A stretch of 64,000 nucleotides of DNA from Abditibacterium sp. (GCA_965199495.1 CBDASK010000003.1:1888001-1952000); one strand, 5' to 3'; counted from the stretch's first letter, positions 18,420 to 29,079 are shown. The notes: generated from the sequence alone by a model not told the origin. Numbers and translations are program-made.

Positions 18420-19553
18420 TTAGGCCGCCGAACGCGCGCACCGCACCAAGCCTTCGCCGAATTTTGACGCGGGCCAGCGCGCGATAATCTCGCGTGAAGC
18501 CGCGCCCAATTGCGCGCGCTCATCGTCCGAAATTTCGTGCGCCAAATGATTCATGCGCGCGCTTAATTCGCTGGCGTTTGTGGGGTCGAAGCTCCAGCCG
18601 TTGCGTCCGTCTTCCAAAAGTTCGGGCGCGCAACCGCAGGTCTGCGACAGCAAAATCGGCAGACCGCACGCCATCGCCTCGTTGACGACCAAACCCCACT
18701 GCTCCTGCAAACTGGCGTGAACGAACGCGCCCGCATGGGCCATCCAGCGCGCGACTTCGTCTTCTTGCACGAAGCCGGTGAAATGAACGCCGTCCAACCC
18801 CAACTTCTCGACCTGCGCGCGCAAATTCGCTTCTTGCTCGCCCGCGCCGCACAAAACCAAATCCCACGGCGTCTGAGCCGCGAACTGTCGGGCGGCGTGG
18901 CTGCGGTAAGTCGCCCAAGCCTCGACGACGCGCGCCAAATTTTTGCGCTCGATAAATCGGTTGACCGTCAGAAAATAAGGCCGTTCGATTAATCGCGGTT
19001 CGCCGCGCCATTTTTGCGCGCGCGTGGCGAAACCTGCGTTGTCCACCACATCGTAGCCCTCGAAAATGCGCCCGGCGGGAATGCCCAACTGCACCAAGTA
19101 ACGTTTATGCGCCGCGCCGCCGACCAATCCGGCGTCGAAACGGCTGACGATGCGTTTTTTGATTGCTTCTTTCAACGCTTTGCGCGGCGCGTCGTCGCGT
19201 TTGCTTTCCGACATCAAAACCGCGATTTTGTCGTTGCGATTGGCCCAGCGAAGCGCCGCGCGCATTTCGGCGCGCTCGTATCCGCAAATCGCCACAACGT
19301 CGGGTTGCGCTTTACTTAAATACGCTTCCAATTTGCTTTTTATCTCTTTGGCCGGAATCTCTTCGAGCGTGCCATCGAGCAGCGTTTCGAGTTGCAAACC
19401 CAAATTTTCGCGATCCGTCTGCCACGGATAAAGCGCTTCCTGCGCCGCGATTTCCAAACCGACGCACGACGAAAACTCGCGTTGAGAGGCCGCGCCGCGC
19501 AGACGCGCCAGATGATAAGGGCCGAAATTGGGGAAGAGAATCAGAAGTTTCAT
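18420..19553 (-). CDS. Glycosyltransferase family 4
   Basis: FGPYH, YDVVD, RFIERKN, EQWGLVVNEAMACGLP. Confidence 0.88.
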   Translation of the reverse strand: MKLLILFPNFGPYHLARLRGAASQREFSSCVGLEIAAQEALYPWQTDRENLGLQLETLLDGTLEEIPAKEIKSKLEAYLSKAQPDVVAICGYERAEMRAALRWANRNDKIAVLMSESKRDDAPRKALKEAIKKRIVSRFDAGLVGGAAHKRYLVQLGIPAGRIFEGYDVVDNAGFATRAQKWRGEPRLIERPYFLTVNRFIERKNLARVVEAWATYRSHAARQFAAQTPWDLVLCGAGEQEANLRAQVEKLGLDGVHFTGFVQEDEVARWMAHAGAFVHASLQEQWGLVVNEAMACGLPILLSQTCGCAPELLEDGRNGWSFDPTNASELSARMNHLAHEISDDERAQLGAASREIIARWPASKFGEGLVRCARSAA

Positions 19554-19751
19554 GCGCGAAAGTCCTCATAGTATAAAGTCGCCTTTCGCGCGCGCGGATT
19601 GTGACGGAACGGAGCTTTGGGCAAAGCAGAATCTGTTTTGATAAAATTGTGGCATCCACTCGTAAATACCCAAAAAGTCTTGGACGCGAAAGCAACGTTA
19701 AGGCCAATTAATTGTCCTTAGCAAACAAAGCGAACACTATTCGCCTTTTTT

Positions 19752-20738
19752 ATGCGACATTATTGCACCTATTTTGATAAAAACTATTTACTGCGCGGTC
19801 TGACGCTTTTTCGCTCGCTGCAACAACACGAAAAGGAATTTGTGCTGTGGGTTTTGTGCTGCGACGAGGTTTCGTTCACCACATTACAAACGTTGAACGT
19901 GGAGAATCTGCGGCCCATTCGCCTGAGCGAAGTCGAGGAGTTTGAACCGCGCCTGGCGCCGCTCAAAACCCAGCGCAGTCGCGTCGAATATCTGTGGACG
20001 CTGTCGCCGATTTGGCCTTTATTTCTGTTCGAGCGCGACCCGCAAATCGAACTTTTAACCTATCTCGACGCCGACCTGTTTTTTTATGCGTCGCCGCAAC
20101 CGATCTTTGACGAGATGGGCGACAATTCCATCGCGATGTTTTCGCACCGCTTTCCCACGCACCACAAACAGCAGATGGAAGTCAACGGCATTTATAACGT
20201 CGGCTGGCTGTCGTTTCGGCGCGACGAAAACGCCTTCGCCTGTTTGCACGAGTGGCGCGAGCAATGCCTGGATTGGTGCTATGACCGCTGCGAAGACGGC
20301 AAATACGGCGACCAGACTTATCTTGACAATTGGCCGCGCGACCATCAAGGCGTTCGCGTTTTGGAACACGAAGGCGCGGGCATCGCACCGTGGAATTGGA
20401 CGCTTTACCAATTCAAGCGGCGCGGTCAACAACTTTTTTGCAACAACGAACCGTTAATTTTCTTTCACTTTCATGGTTTGCGATTTCTCAATTCGTGGCT
20501 CTACGACGCGTTTTTTTCCAGCTACTTGCATGGCGAAATGTCGCCGCAATTGCACGGTTGGATTTTTGGCCCCTATTTGCGCACGATGTCGCAGACCGCC
20601 AGTTGGGCGCGCGCCAAAGGTGGCCGCATCCAATGGGGACACATGGGCTTTAAAGGTTATATGCGCGCCTATGGCAAACGCATTTTGTTTTACAAACTCA
20701 GCAAACGTTCGTTCTCGCTTTGGCCGGGCATGAAGTAG
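19752..20738 (+). CDS. Putative GT-A-like protein of polysaccharide loci
   Basis: YCTYFDKNYL, YLDAD (DxD), YNVGW, GDQTYLD, FFHFHG; context within the cluster. Confidence 0.7.
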   Translation: MRHYCTYFDKNYLLRGLTLFRSLQQHEKEFVLWVLCCDEVSFTTLQTLNVENLRPIRLSEVEEFEPRLAPLKTQRSRVEYLWTLSPIWPLFLFERDPQIELLTYLDADLFFYASPQPIFDEMGDNSIAMFSHRFPTHHKQQMEVNGIYNVGWLSFRRDENAFACLHEWREQCLDWCYDRCEDGKYGDQTYLDNWPRDHQGVRVLEHEGAGIAPWNWTLYQFKRRGQQLFCNNEPLIFFHFHGLRFLNSWLYDAFFSSYLHGEMSPQLHGWIFGPYLRTMSQTASWARAKGGRIQWGHMGFKGYMRAYGKRILFYKLSKRSFSLWPGMK

Positions 20739-20893
20739 ATCGTCCACTCTTCGTCCAATGCGAAACCGCGCGGCGCGAAGGTTGATTTGGGTTATCTGCC
20801 GATTTCCAAATCCATGAAAAATTATGGCGTGCGCGCTTCGCTCAAAAAGCTGGCGCGCCGCCAAATGGCCATTCATTGCGGATTAAAGTGAAT

Positions 20894-22387
20894 TTACCGG
20901 CGCAAATTCGAGCGCCGAATCGGCAGCGGCCCGCGTTGCTGAATCGCGGGCCGCGCCAAAGGCGGGCGCGTGGCTGCTCTTGTCGCGGTTATTTGTGTGG
21001 GCTGCGTTTCAACTATCGCCGGTTCGTAACGCGTCGGCGCGTCGGGGTCGCGCGAAAGCCAGACGAACGCCATGAAGGGGACGAAGACCGTCGGCAACCA
21101 GAAAAAGACCGACCACGCTAACGGGTGAATCATCTCCATGCCGCCCAGACCTGCCGAAGCGACCAAGAGAATAACACCCGTGACATAGTGCAATTGGCGC
21201 TGCAAAAACTCCCATAACAGACGAAAGCAAAAGCCGCTGAATATTCCGCCCAAAACCAAACCGATCCAACCGCCGATGTAGAAATATTTGCCGACCATCG
21301 TCGGCGAGGGGCCGCCCAAAAATCCCTGCAAATTTTCTGCGTTGCTAATTTTAGAGACGCGATGAAATCTGTCCCATTCCTCGGCTTCGGGATAAATTTT
21401 GTTCGCCCAAAGCCCGCGCGGAATGCCGTGCGTGAACACTTCGAGCAGCATGTAACCGTAATCGTAATTAACGCGCTGCGGCACGTAATAAGCCACCGAA
21501 ATCGCCATGCCAAAGTCGCTCCACAAATCGGGGCCTTGCTCCGGTTTGTAGGCCGAGGGCGCTTGAGAACCGAAATCGGGATCGCTGAAAAAGCCGAATG
21601 ACCGGTCAACAACAACTGCGGGTTTATCTTTGAGATTGAAACTCATGTCGCGAAAATCGCCGCGATAGGTCGGGATAAAACCAAAAATAAAGAAGATCGT
21701 CGGCAGCAGAAGCGCGACTGTCCACGCGGGCGGGTTGCGGCGCAGGGCCGCGAAAATCGAACCGAACAGAATCACCAACATCATGATGGTGCCTTCGCGC
21801 GTGCCGGTATAAGCCTGCCACAACAAATTCGTCAGCGCCAGCGCGACAACGCAAAATTTGTAGATGTAGGCTTCGCGCTGCGAAAACGCGTGGCACAGCA
21901 ACACCATCAGTCCGAGAGTCGCGATGCGCGGCATGGTATAGACATAGGCCGATAACTCGAAGTTAGTGTTCTCGCGCGGCGCGGAAATATAGTAAGCGAA
22001 ACCGCCCGATGCGTCCATCACCAGATAATAGCCCAACAGGCCGATGCCCAAAAGTAATAATCCCGTCCAGAAGATTTTGGGTTGCGAAGGCGCGGGAAAA
22101 TCGGGAATAAAGCGACTGGCGCGAGCAGCCACCGGCAAACCATAGCCAACCGCGAAGGCGATGCCCACCACCACGAACATCAAAAGCGTTTGCAGATAAA
22201 CCGATTGGCCGTAAAAAGGAATCCACTTGTCGTCGGACAACATCGGTTGCGCCACGCCCGCATAAACGAAGGTCAGCCAAAACGCGTTGACCGGATTGAG
22301 AAAGTGCCAACTACCCGCCAATCGCCATTCGCGCGCGAGAGCTACCACGGGAATGGATGCGATGGCGAAAAGAAGGAGGGCTTCCAT
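20894..22387 (-). CDS. Wzy-like polysaccharide polymerase
   Basis: About 10 TM segments, a large periplasmic loop, IPR-LW--K motif; follows wzc; start set at ATG 22387. Confidence 0.7.
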   Translation of the reverse strand: MEALLLFAIASIPVVALAREWRLAGSWHFLNPVNAFWLTFVYAGVAQPMLSDDKWIPFYGQSVYLQTLLMFVVVGIAFAVGYGLPVAARASRFIPDFPAPSQPKIFWTGLLLLGIGLLGYYLVMDASGGFAYYISAPRENTNFELSAYVYTMPRIATLGLMVLLCHAFSQREAYIYKFCVVALALTNLLWQAYTGTREGTIMMLVILFGSIFAALRRNPPAWTVALLLPTIFFIFGFIPTYRGDFRDMSFNLKDKPAVVVDRSFGFFSDPDFGSQAPSAYKPEQGPDLWSDFGMAISVAYYVPQRVNYDYGYMLLEVFTHGIPRGLWANKIYPEAEEWDRFHRVSKISNAENLQGFLGGPSPTMVGKYFYIGGWIGLVLGGIFSGFCFRLLWEFLQRQLHYVTGVILLVASAGLGGMEMIHPLAWSVFFWLPTVFVPFMAFVWLSRDPDAPTRYEPAIVETQPTQITATRAATRPPLARPAIQQRGPLPIRRSNLRR

Positions 22388-22432
22388 TGTTTTTGGGTGA
22401 GCAGGGAACAACGCCCGCAATTTCCTATTGCT

Positions 22433-24838
22433 CTATCGCACGCCGCCGCGCTCGTCCAACGGTTGCTCTGGATCGAACGGGCGCGTAATTTCGTCGCCCA
22501 CTTTGACCGGAACATAACTCTGTTGAGGCACAATCGCGCGCTCGCCCGGCCCGCGCAAATTGGCGGTCGAATGATGTGAGCGATATTCGCTATACGATGC
22601 GTGCGCGCCCAACTTCGGCGCGACTTTGGTCAGCACGATGCCCAGCACGCGCGCGCCCGTCTGGTGCAGCATATTGGTCGCGCGCGCGATTTCGGGTTTG
22701 GTCGCCTCGCCGCACGCCACGACCAAAAGCGTCGCGTCGGTCATCGTCGCCAGTACGGTCGAATCGGCGATAATTAGCGTCGGCGGGCTGTCAACAATGG
22801 TCAAATCGGCGAGCGCCGACAATTCGTCAATCAACTGTTGCGCTTCGGTTGACTTCAAAAGTTCGAGCGGGCTTTCGTGCGGCGAACCCGCCGTCAAAAC
22901 GCTGAGGCCGGGAATGCGCGTGGCTTGCACGGCTTGCTCTAATGGGGCGTGTCCCAAAACCACATCACTAAATCCGATTTCGTTGCTCAAGCCGAAATAA
23001 TCGTGCAGCGATGGTTTGCGGCCATCGCAGTCAATCAGCACGACTTCTTCGCCCGCCCACGCCGCCGCCGCCGCCAGATTGACGCAGCTCAGCGATTTGC
23101 CTTCGCCGGGCAGGGCGCTCGTCACCAAAACCGAACGCAACGGCACTTCGCGCGCGGCCAGAGCCAGTTGCGCGGTCAGCATCTCGAAACTTTCGCGCAA
23201 AAACGGCGCGTTGCCGGTCAACACCGATTGGTCGGCGCGCCGGTTGATGCGCGGCACGTTAATCAAAATCGGCAACTGCGCCGCCGCGCGCGCCTGAGTG
23301 GCATTGTGGATTTTATCGTCGAAGCGATCCACCAACAGCGCGGCCAGATAAGCCAACAGCGAACCTAACGCCAGCGCCATCAAAAGTGTCGTGGTGCGCC
23401 CGCGTCCCGATGGCGCGCCCGGCGGCGTAGCTGGTGAGGTGATGCTACCGTTGGCGAGTTGCGAGGCCGCGCTCAATTGCAGCGTTTGCGCTTTTTGGCT
23501 CAGGGTATCGTAGGTCGCTTGCAGTCCCGCCAGCGTGTTGGTGAGCTGGGTAATGCGCGAAGTTTTGGCGGGCAACTGCGCTTGCGCGGTTTGGGCGCGT
23601 TGCAGATTCGTTTCTAAAATCGGGATGCGCGCGCGCAACGCTTGCAGATCGGAGCGCGCCGTCGCCAAGTTTTGCGCCGCCGTGATGTAAGCCGGGTTGG
23701 GCGAGCGCTGGGCGGGCGTGGTTTCGTTGGCGGGTTCGCGGTCGAGTTGCGCTTGCACGCGCCCGATCTGGCCGTCAATTTGGCGCACGATGGTGCTGTC
23801 TTCGGTATATTCGGCGCGCGCGGCGATGCGGTCGAGGCGCAGTTTGGTCAGTTCGGCGCGCAGCGAAACCACCGCCGGGCGCGTGACGGTCGTGTAGCTG
23901 ACGATTTCGCGCGGCGTGTTGGCTAACACGTCCTGCTGCACTTTCAAACTCGCGGCGGCGGCGGCTTGCGCGGCGCGCGCCTGGGTCAAATCGCTTTTGG
24001 TGGTTTCAAGCGTCGTCGCCACGTTTTGCGCTTGTTGCACGCCGTCGGTGATGCCGACTTTGGCTTGATAATTTTTCAGTTCGTCGCGCGCGTTACCCAG
24101 GTTTTCGCGCACGGTTTGCAGTTGCCCGCGCGCCGAATCGGCGGCGGCCTGAATCGCGCGGCGGTTGTTCTTCTGGCTCTGCTCGATATACGAATCGCAA
24201 ATCGCGTTCGCCAGCGCCGCGCTCGCGGGCGCCGAGGGCGAGCCGACGGTGACTGTCACCAAATCGGTGTTGCGAATCGAGCCGATATTCAAATTGTAAG
24301 ACCGCTCGATGGCGGCTTTATCGTCGGGATTGAGGCTGTTTTTGGCGGCCTCGACAACGCTATCGGTTTTGACGATTTCGAGTTGCGTTTCCAAACGGCG
24401 CGCCTCGTCCACGCCGGGCACATCGGTCGGCGGCGCGTCGGGCGAGGCGTTGGGGTCGTCGGGCCGTTTTTCGCCCGCGAGCGGCGAAGTGTTGACGAGT
24501 AATGTCGCCGTGGCTTGATAGGTGCGTTGCGAACGCAACGAATAAAGTAAACCCAGCAAGAGCGCGCCGAGCAGAATTGGCAACACCAAATAGCGGCGGC
24601 GCCACAGCAAATCGAAGAGGCGACGCAACGGATCGGAGCGCGTCGCGGCGCCTTCAGTTTCGCCATCGAGTCGGGCCGGTTCAGGCGCGCCATCATCGTG
24701 ATAAGGCGCGAGTGCCGTTTCCTTGGGGCGCGACAGAACGCGCGCGCCCTGCGTGGTGGCATCGGACGTGCCGCTCCCGTTTTCGGGAGCGGGCGAACGA
24801 TGCTCGATGTAAGAATCGAAGAATTTTTTCTCTCTCAA
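22433..24838 (-). CDS. Wzc-type polysaccharide co-polymerase / tyrosine autokinase
   Basis: Two TMs around a coiled coil; VTSALPGEGKS, LIDCDGRKP, IVDSPP. Confidence 0.88.
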   Translation of the reverse strand: MREKKFFDSYIEHRSPAPENGSGTSDATTQGARVLSRPKETALAPYHDDGAPEPARLDGETEGAATRSDPLRRLFDLLWRRRYLVLPILLGALLLGLLYSLRSQRTYQATATLLVNTSPLAGEKRPDDPNASPDAPPTDVPGVDEARRLETQLEIVKTDSVVEAAKNSLNPDDKAAIERSYNLNIGSIRNTDLVTVTVGSPSAPASAALANAICDSYIEQSQKNNRRAIQAAADSARGQLQTVRENLGNARDELKNYQAKVGITDGVQQAQNVATTLETTKSDLTQARAAQAAAAASLKVQQDVLANTPREIVSYTTVTRPAVVSLRAELTKLRLDRIAARAEYTEDSTIVRQIDGQIGRVQAQLDREPANETTPAQRSPNPAYITAAQNLATARSDLQALRARIPILETNLQRAQTAQAQLPAKTSRITQLTNTLAGLQATYDTLSQKAQTLQLSAASQLANGSITSPATPPGAPSGRGRTTTLLMALALGSLLAYLAALLVDRFDDKIHNATQARAAAQLPILINVPRINRRADQSVLTGNAPFLRESFEMLTAQLALAAREVPLRSVLVTSALPGEGKSLSCVNLAAAAAWAGEEVVLIDCDGRKPSLHDYFGLSNEIGFSDVVLGHAPLEQAVQATRIPGLSVLTAGSPHESPLELLKSTEAQQLIDELSALADLTIVDSPPTLIIADSTVLATMTDATLLVVACGEATKPEIARATNMLHQTGARVLGIVLTKVAPKLGAHASYSEYRSHHSTANLRGPGERAIVPQQSYVPVKVGDEITRPFDPEQPLDERGGVR

Positions 24839-24964
24839 CGTGAAGCTCCGTGGTTGCTTTTAACCTAAAAAATCCGCTTTAGTTTGAACGAAATCACTGT
24901 CAAGCGTCGCGCAGCGCGTCAAGAGTTGGTAAAAGAGCGAATTTCGAGCGACATTTCTGGCCGC

Positions 24965-25000
24965 AAAAGCGGCGTGGCTCTTGGAGCCACGCCGCCACTT
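24965..25000 (-). terminator. Terminator-like hairpin after the SDR gene
   Basis: gcggcgtggctc ttg gagccacgccgc with a flanking A-run. Confidence 0.6.
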
Positions 25001-25020
25001 TAAATTCTGCGTGTCCTAAA

Positions 25021-26103
25021 TCAACTTTCCGTTTCCGCCGTTTGCGCCAAGACTTCGCCGCCCAACTCGTTGTTTTGCGCTGCCGCTTTGTCCACTGCCG
25101 CCGTCAATTTGCTGGTCGCGACCTGCGCTTCCAAAGCCGCGCCCGCCAACGTTTTATTGCCCGCATCGCCCGGCGTCGGGCCGGGCAAAAAGCGCGTGAC
25201 AAACCCCAACAACTCGCCCGCGACGTTGGGAAACATCCGGTATAAAACGCTGCCCCACAATATAGGCAACGGAAAGGCCAATTGCGGATCGCCGTAACGC
25301 GCCGCGTCCACGATGAGGCGCGCCGCGCTAACCGCGTTGGTCGAACCGCCCGGCATCACGGCGGCGGTTTTGAACATCTTATATTCCTTGGCCTGTTGCC
25401 CCTTGAATTTGGCCGCGACGTGCGAGCCGGTGCGAATCGGGCCGGGACAAACCGTCGTCACTTTGATTTTATCTTTCGCCAACTCGTTACGCATCGCGTC
25501 CGATAACCCGACCATGCCGAACTTGGAGACCGCGTAGGGCGCCATGTGCGGCATCGCGATAAGTCCGCCGCTCGAAGCGATATTGACGATGCGGCCCTGC
25601 CCCGATTTTTTCAAGTGTGGCAACGCCGCGCGCGTCAGGCGGAGCGGCCCCCAAATATGCAAATCAATCGCGGCTTTAAAATCCGAATCTAGCATATGTT
25701 CGAGCGGCCCGACCTGAATAATGCCCGCGTTGTTAATCAAAACGTCAACACCGCCAAAGCGCTCGATGACGCGGTTGATAGCAGCCACGTCGTCGTGCGG
25801 GTCGGTGACATCGGCGATAACGGTGAGAACTTGCGCGCCCATCGCTTCGAGTTGGGTTTGCGCGGTTACAAGTTCGTCTTCGTCGCGCGCCAGCAAAGCT
25901 AACTTGGCGCCCAACTTGGCAAATTCGCGCGCGATACAAAGTCCCAACCCGCGCGAGCCGCCGCTAATCACGACGACGCGCCCGTTAAAGTCCACGGCTT
26001 TTCGGTTGCGTAATAAGCGTAAGCCGACCATCGCGCCGCCGAAGAGAAACGCCAATTTAGAAGTCAAAGAAATGCCGCGCCTGGCGGTTTGGAGTGCGTC
26101 CAT
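25021..26103 (-). CDS. Short-chain dehydrogenase/reductase
   Basis: SGGSRGLG, INNAG, YAVSK, VCPG. Confidence 0.92.
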   Translation of the reverse strand: MDALQTARRGISLTSKLAFLFGGAMVGLRLLRNRKAVDFNGRVVVISGGSRGLGLCIAREFAKLGAKLALLARDEDELVTAQTQLEAMGAQVLTVIADVTDPHDDVAAINRVIERFGGVDVLINNAGIIQVGPLEHMLDSDFKAAIDLHIWGPLRLTRAALPHLKKSGQGRIVNIASSGGLIAMPHMAPYAVSKFGMVGLSDAMRNELAKDKIKVTTVCPGPIRTGSHVAAKFKGQQAKEYKMFKTAAVMPGGSTNAVSAARLIVDAARYGDPQLAFPLPILWGSVLYRMFPNVAGELLGFVTRFLPGPTPGDAGNKTLAGAALEAQVATSKLTAAVDKAAAQNNELGGEVLAQTAETES

Positions 26104-26186
26104 AAGTGAACGCGCGATGTTGCCAATCGCGCGCCCAAGGCCGTAACAACGTAGATTTCGCGCCCGTTTGAGGTCATCTTACTGCT

Positions 26187-26723
26187 ATGAAATTATTTGG
26201 CGAAAACAGCCGGTTCGCGAGCTTGAGCTACAACGCGATGGCAGTCGTGGGCGTAGTTTTAACGCTCACTCAGTGGGCGTTGTGGATGCTGATTTTGCCG
26301 ATTATCGCGGCGGATTGGGGGCAGAGCTTGAACGTCGTCACGTTCCCACACGCCCCCGGAGAATTCGACGTGGCTCCGTTTATCTGCGTGATGTTATGCG
26401 CGATTGTCGGCCTGTTGATGGGCGCCGGAACGCACAATGTCCGCGAACTACTGCGCCGTGGCCACAGGCGCGAAGCCCGCACGCGCTGTTTTTCTGCGGG
26501 CTTGAGTTGGATCGTCAGTAGCGGATTTTTATTTCACGTCGCGACGCACAATTTACCCAGCGCCCGCAATTCTGGCGCTCTGCTCAATATCGAGTTGCAC
26601 TTCGGCGCCCTGTTGCTGACGCTATTGTCGCCCGCGTTGGCGTTGTTGCTCACCTCGCTCCTTTTGTCGCGACAAGATGCGCGCACGGCCCCGGTAATTG
26701 CGCCGCGCAAAGACCCTTTTTGA
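26187..26723 (+). CDS. Hypothetical membrane protein (about 4 TM)
   Basis: ATG-started ORF with four hydrophobic segments. Confidence 0.55.
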   Translation: MKLFGENSRFASLSYNAMAVVGVVLTLTQWALWMLILPIIAADWGQSLNVVTFPHAPGEFDVAPFICVMLCAIVGLLMGAGTHNVRELLRRGHRREARTRCFSAGLSWIVSSGFLFHVATHNLPSARNSGALLNIELHFGALLLTLLSPALALLLTSLLLSRQDARTAPVIAPRKDPF

Positions 26724-27075
26724 GGCGCAGATGGCACGACCGATGTGCTGTTGCCCTGCAAGCGATGGATCGAATCGAGCGAATAGATCGAATGGATACG
26801 GTTGCCCGACTGGCCTATCGAGCAACCGTTGACGGCTTGGGTCATTGGCGCGTCGAACCAATCGGCCACGAAAACCGCGTTGGCGGCATTGCGCAGATGA
26901 CGCGCACCAATCCAGAGTCGCCGACTTCGGGTATCGGCCCAAAATGTAGGTCGGAGTTTGCTTGCGCTGATTATCAGCGAGCAAAATTGTGCCGAGTAAA
27001 AGTGCGCCAACCGCGCCGAAAAATGCGAATCGTTTCAGAGCAGCCACGGGCAAGCGGAGCGTTAGTTTCGTGATG

Positions 27076-27378
27076 TCAGGATGAAGCCAAATCGCGGTAT
27101 TTCGCGGTCAGCTCGCCGTTTTCGTCCCAGACGCCCGCGCGTTGCATCGCGCTCTTACCGATTTCCATGTCGGCGCGAATTTGCTGGGAAACTAATTCTA
27201 TGTAATCGCAGAACACTTCATTTTCCCGTTGTTGTGCGTGCGCGCGCTTCCAATTATGGACGAGTTTGTATTTTTTATTGAGCTTTTTGTATCTCAGATA
27301 GATGAACGCTTTTTGGGCGCCAATAAATGCCGAAATTGCCAGCACGAGGAGCGCGAGCCAGAGCAGTTTTTTGTTCAT
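27076..27378 (-). CDS. Membrane-anchored paralog of the putative antitoxin at 28024-28224
   Basis: GAGGA RBS; hydrophobic LLWLALLVLAISAFIGA; C-terminus MQRAGVWDENGELTAKYRD. Confidence 0.7.
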   Translation of the reverse strand: MNKKLLWLALLVLAISAFIGAQKAFIYLRYKKLNKKYKLVHNWKRAHAQQRENEVFCDYIELVSQQIRADMEIGKSAMQRAGVWDENGELTAKYRDLASS

Positions 27379-27428
27379 GTTTCCTCAGTGAAAGCAAAAA
27401 GCGCGCGGGGCTAAATTGGCGCTCGAAA

Positions 27429-28043
27429 TCAGAGTGGGCGAAAGTAGCCCAAGACGCAATCGAGGTTGCGCACGCAGATTTGCGTGTGATCGGCAGATTG
27501 AAAACCGGCGTTTGGATAAAGCGGGCCGCCTTCCCAAAACGCGGCGCGCACGCTGTCGTAGGGCGTTTGGCCGCTCTCTTCGATGAGCAAGTGCATCAGG
27601 TTGAAAGTGGCGCAATCGAGTCGGCGCGCCCGCAGCGTTTGGCCATTGGTGGGAAGCGAGATATTTCTATCTTGGGTGTATCTGACGAGCGATTGATACG
27701 CATCTGCAAGTCGTGTGAGCGCACCCATTTCGGTGGTGATGAAACAATGTCCGAGGTTGATAACTGCGCCGACGATGAACGGTTCGTAAATCGTGCCGCG
27801 AGAATTACGCCCGCCCTGCGCGCGTTCACGGGCGAAATCGAGCGCGCGGGCGGGACTGGATTCCCAAAAATAGACGCCTTGGCCCAGCCAATCGTAATCG
27901 TTGCGCGAAAACTCGAGATGTGGAATTTCGCCGCTCAATACGGCTTCGCCAACAGAGCGGTCGCAACCGTGAAAGCCCAAAACGAATGAGGGATAAATCT
28001 CGTAACGTTCCCATGTTCGCGGGTTAGGATTGCTCTGGATCAC
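27429..28043 (-). CDS. Putative ADP-ribosyltransferase-fold toxin (CmdT-like motifs)
   Basis: GFHGC, DWLGQGVYFWE, LDC, YDSVRAAF, HTQICVRN; GTG at 28043 overlapping the upstream ORF chosen as start. Confidence 0.7.
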   Translation of the reverse strand: MIQSNPNPRTWERYEIYPSFVLGFHGCDRSVGEAVLSGEIPHLEFSRNDYDWLGQGVYFWESSPARALDFARERAQGGRNSRGTIYEPFIVGAVINLGHCFITTEMGALTRLADAYQSLVRYTQDRNISLPTNGQTLRARRLDCATFNLMHLLIEESGQTPYDSVRAAFWEGGPLYPNAGFQSADHTQICVRNLDCVLGYFRPL

Positions 28044-28224
28044 GATATTTCTTCGCCAATTCGCCACTTTCGTCGATGATGCCAGCGCGTTGCATCACTC
28101 GCCGCAGAATTTCAGGATCGGTTTCGCTTTGCTTCAACAGGTTTTGCACGTAATCGTGAAACTCTTTGGCTTCCTGCTCCGCCGTCGGGGTGCGATTCCA
28201 TTTGGTGCCGGGTTGATATTTCAT
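28024..28224 (-). CDS. Small putative antitoxin (66 aa)
   Basis: GGAGG RBS; overlaps the ART-like gene start; MQRAGIIDESGELAKKYRD. Confidence 0.7.
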   Translation of the reverse strand: MKYQPGTKWNRTPTAEQEAKEFHDYVQNLLKQSETDPEILRRVMQRAGIIDESGELAKKYRDPEQS

Positions 28225-28298
28225 GTTGAGGTTTTCCTCCGTCGCAATTAAAGAAGCGAAGCGCGTGATGATCGCTCCGCTTTTGTAGGTTGAGCTTG

Positions 28299-29051
28299 CT
28301 AATCCCTGACTACTTTCAAAAGGTGACAGACCGCCCTGCCATCTGGCTCCAGTGTTATGTCTGCCGATACAACTTGTCCAACGGCGATATCGGAGAATTG
28401 AATTCGAGTTGAACGCGTAAAAGTCATGGTTTCCGGCTTCAAGACGGTTAGCATAACTCCATCGCCCGGTTCGCCAAATTTGAAAGCGCCTGTTTTGGGA
28501 AGGTAATCGGGTTTGGTAACAGTGATGATTCCCAGGGTTACTCCACCATTTTGAGGAGCGTCTGGGCCATTTCCATAAGTGGTTTTAGACATTCTATCGC
28601 CAAATTCAAACTGCGTGATCCCGGCGCGAACTGAGGAAGAGAAACCGGGCGTCCAGAAGAAAATTTGATCTGGGTCTGTGGCGGCTTTACGCTCCAGCAC
28701 AAAGGGCGCCAGCGAGGTCAGTGGCAAAGAACCTTCGTTCATCAAGAAGTCGAAATCATCGTTGCGAATTTCGGACAACGTATCGCCAATTTTGAGATCG
28801 GCCAGCGAAAGTCCTCGCTCTTCTCTAACGAACTTCGCGGAAGCGATCCATAGACTTAAAGTGCCGTTCGGTGTTGCAACTCGCAGACTATCGGTCGCGG
28901 GAGAAATCTCTACAATTGTGGTTTCGGGCGTGCGGAGAGTGTCTTTCGATTGTTGGCTTAGAGCAGGAAACGCGGTGCTTAAGAGCAAGGCGCCGGAAAA
29001 TAGCGAAACACCGAAAATACGGCTTACTTTTGGAGAGAAATGGCTTTTCAT
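28299..29051 (-). CDS. Secreted hypothetical protein
   Basis: Signal peptide ending PALS; LADLKIGD and FSDIAVGQ repeats reminiscent of DUF5666. Confidence 0.65.
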   Translation of the reverse strand: MKSHFSPKVSRIFGVSLFSGALLLSTAFPALSQQSKDTLRTPETTIVEISPATDSLRVATPNGTLSLWIASAKFVREERGLSLADLKIGDTLSEIRNDDFDFLMNEGSLPLTSLAPFVLERKAATDPDQIFFWTPGFSSSVRAGITQFEFGDRMSKTTYGNGPDAPQNGGVTLGIITVTKPDYLPKTGAFKFGEPGDGVMLTVLKPETMTFTRSTRIQFSDIAVGQVVSADITLEPDGRAVCHLLKVVRD

Positions 29052-29079
29052 TGGAGCATTAAGAAAATTTTCACCATTG

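Noticed and set aside
26534..27053. Possible frameshifted gene from overlapping minus-strand ORFs 26622-27053 and 26534-27010
   Set aside because: No recognisable motifs, and both overlap the plus-strand membrane gene; cannot be supported
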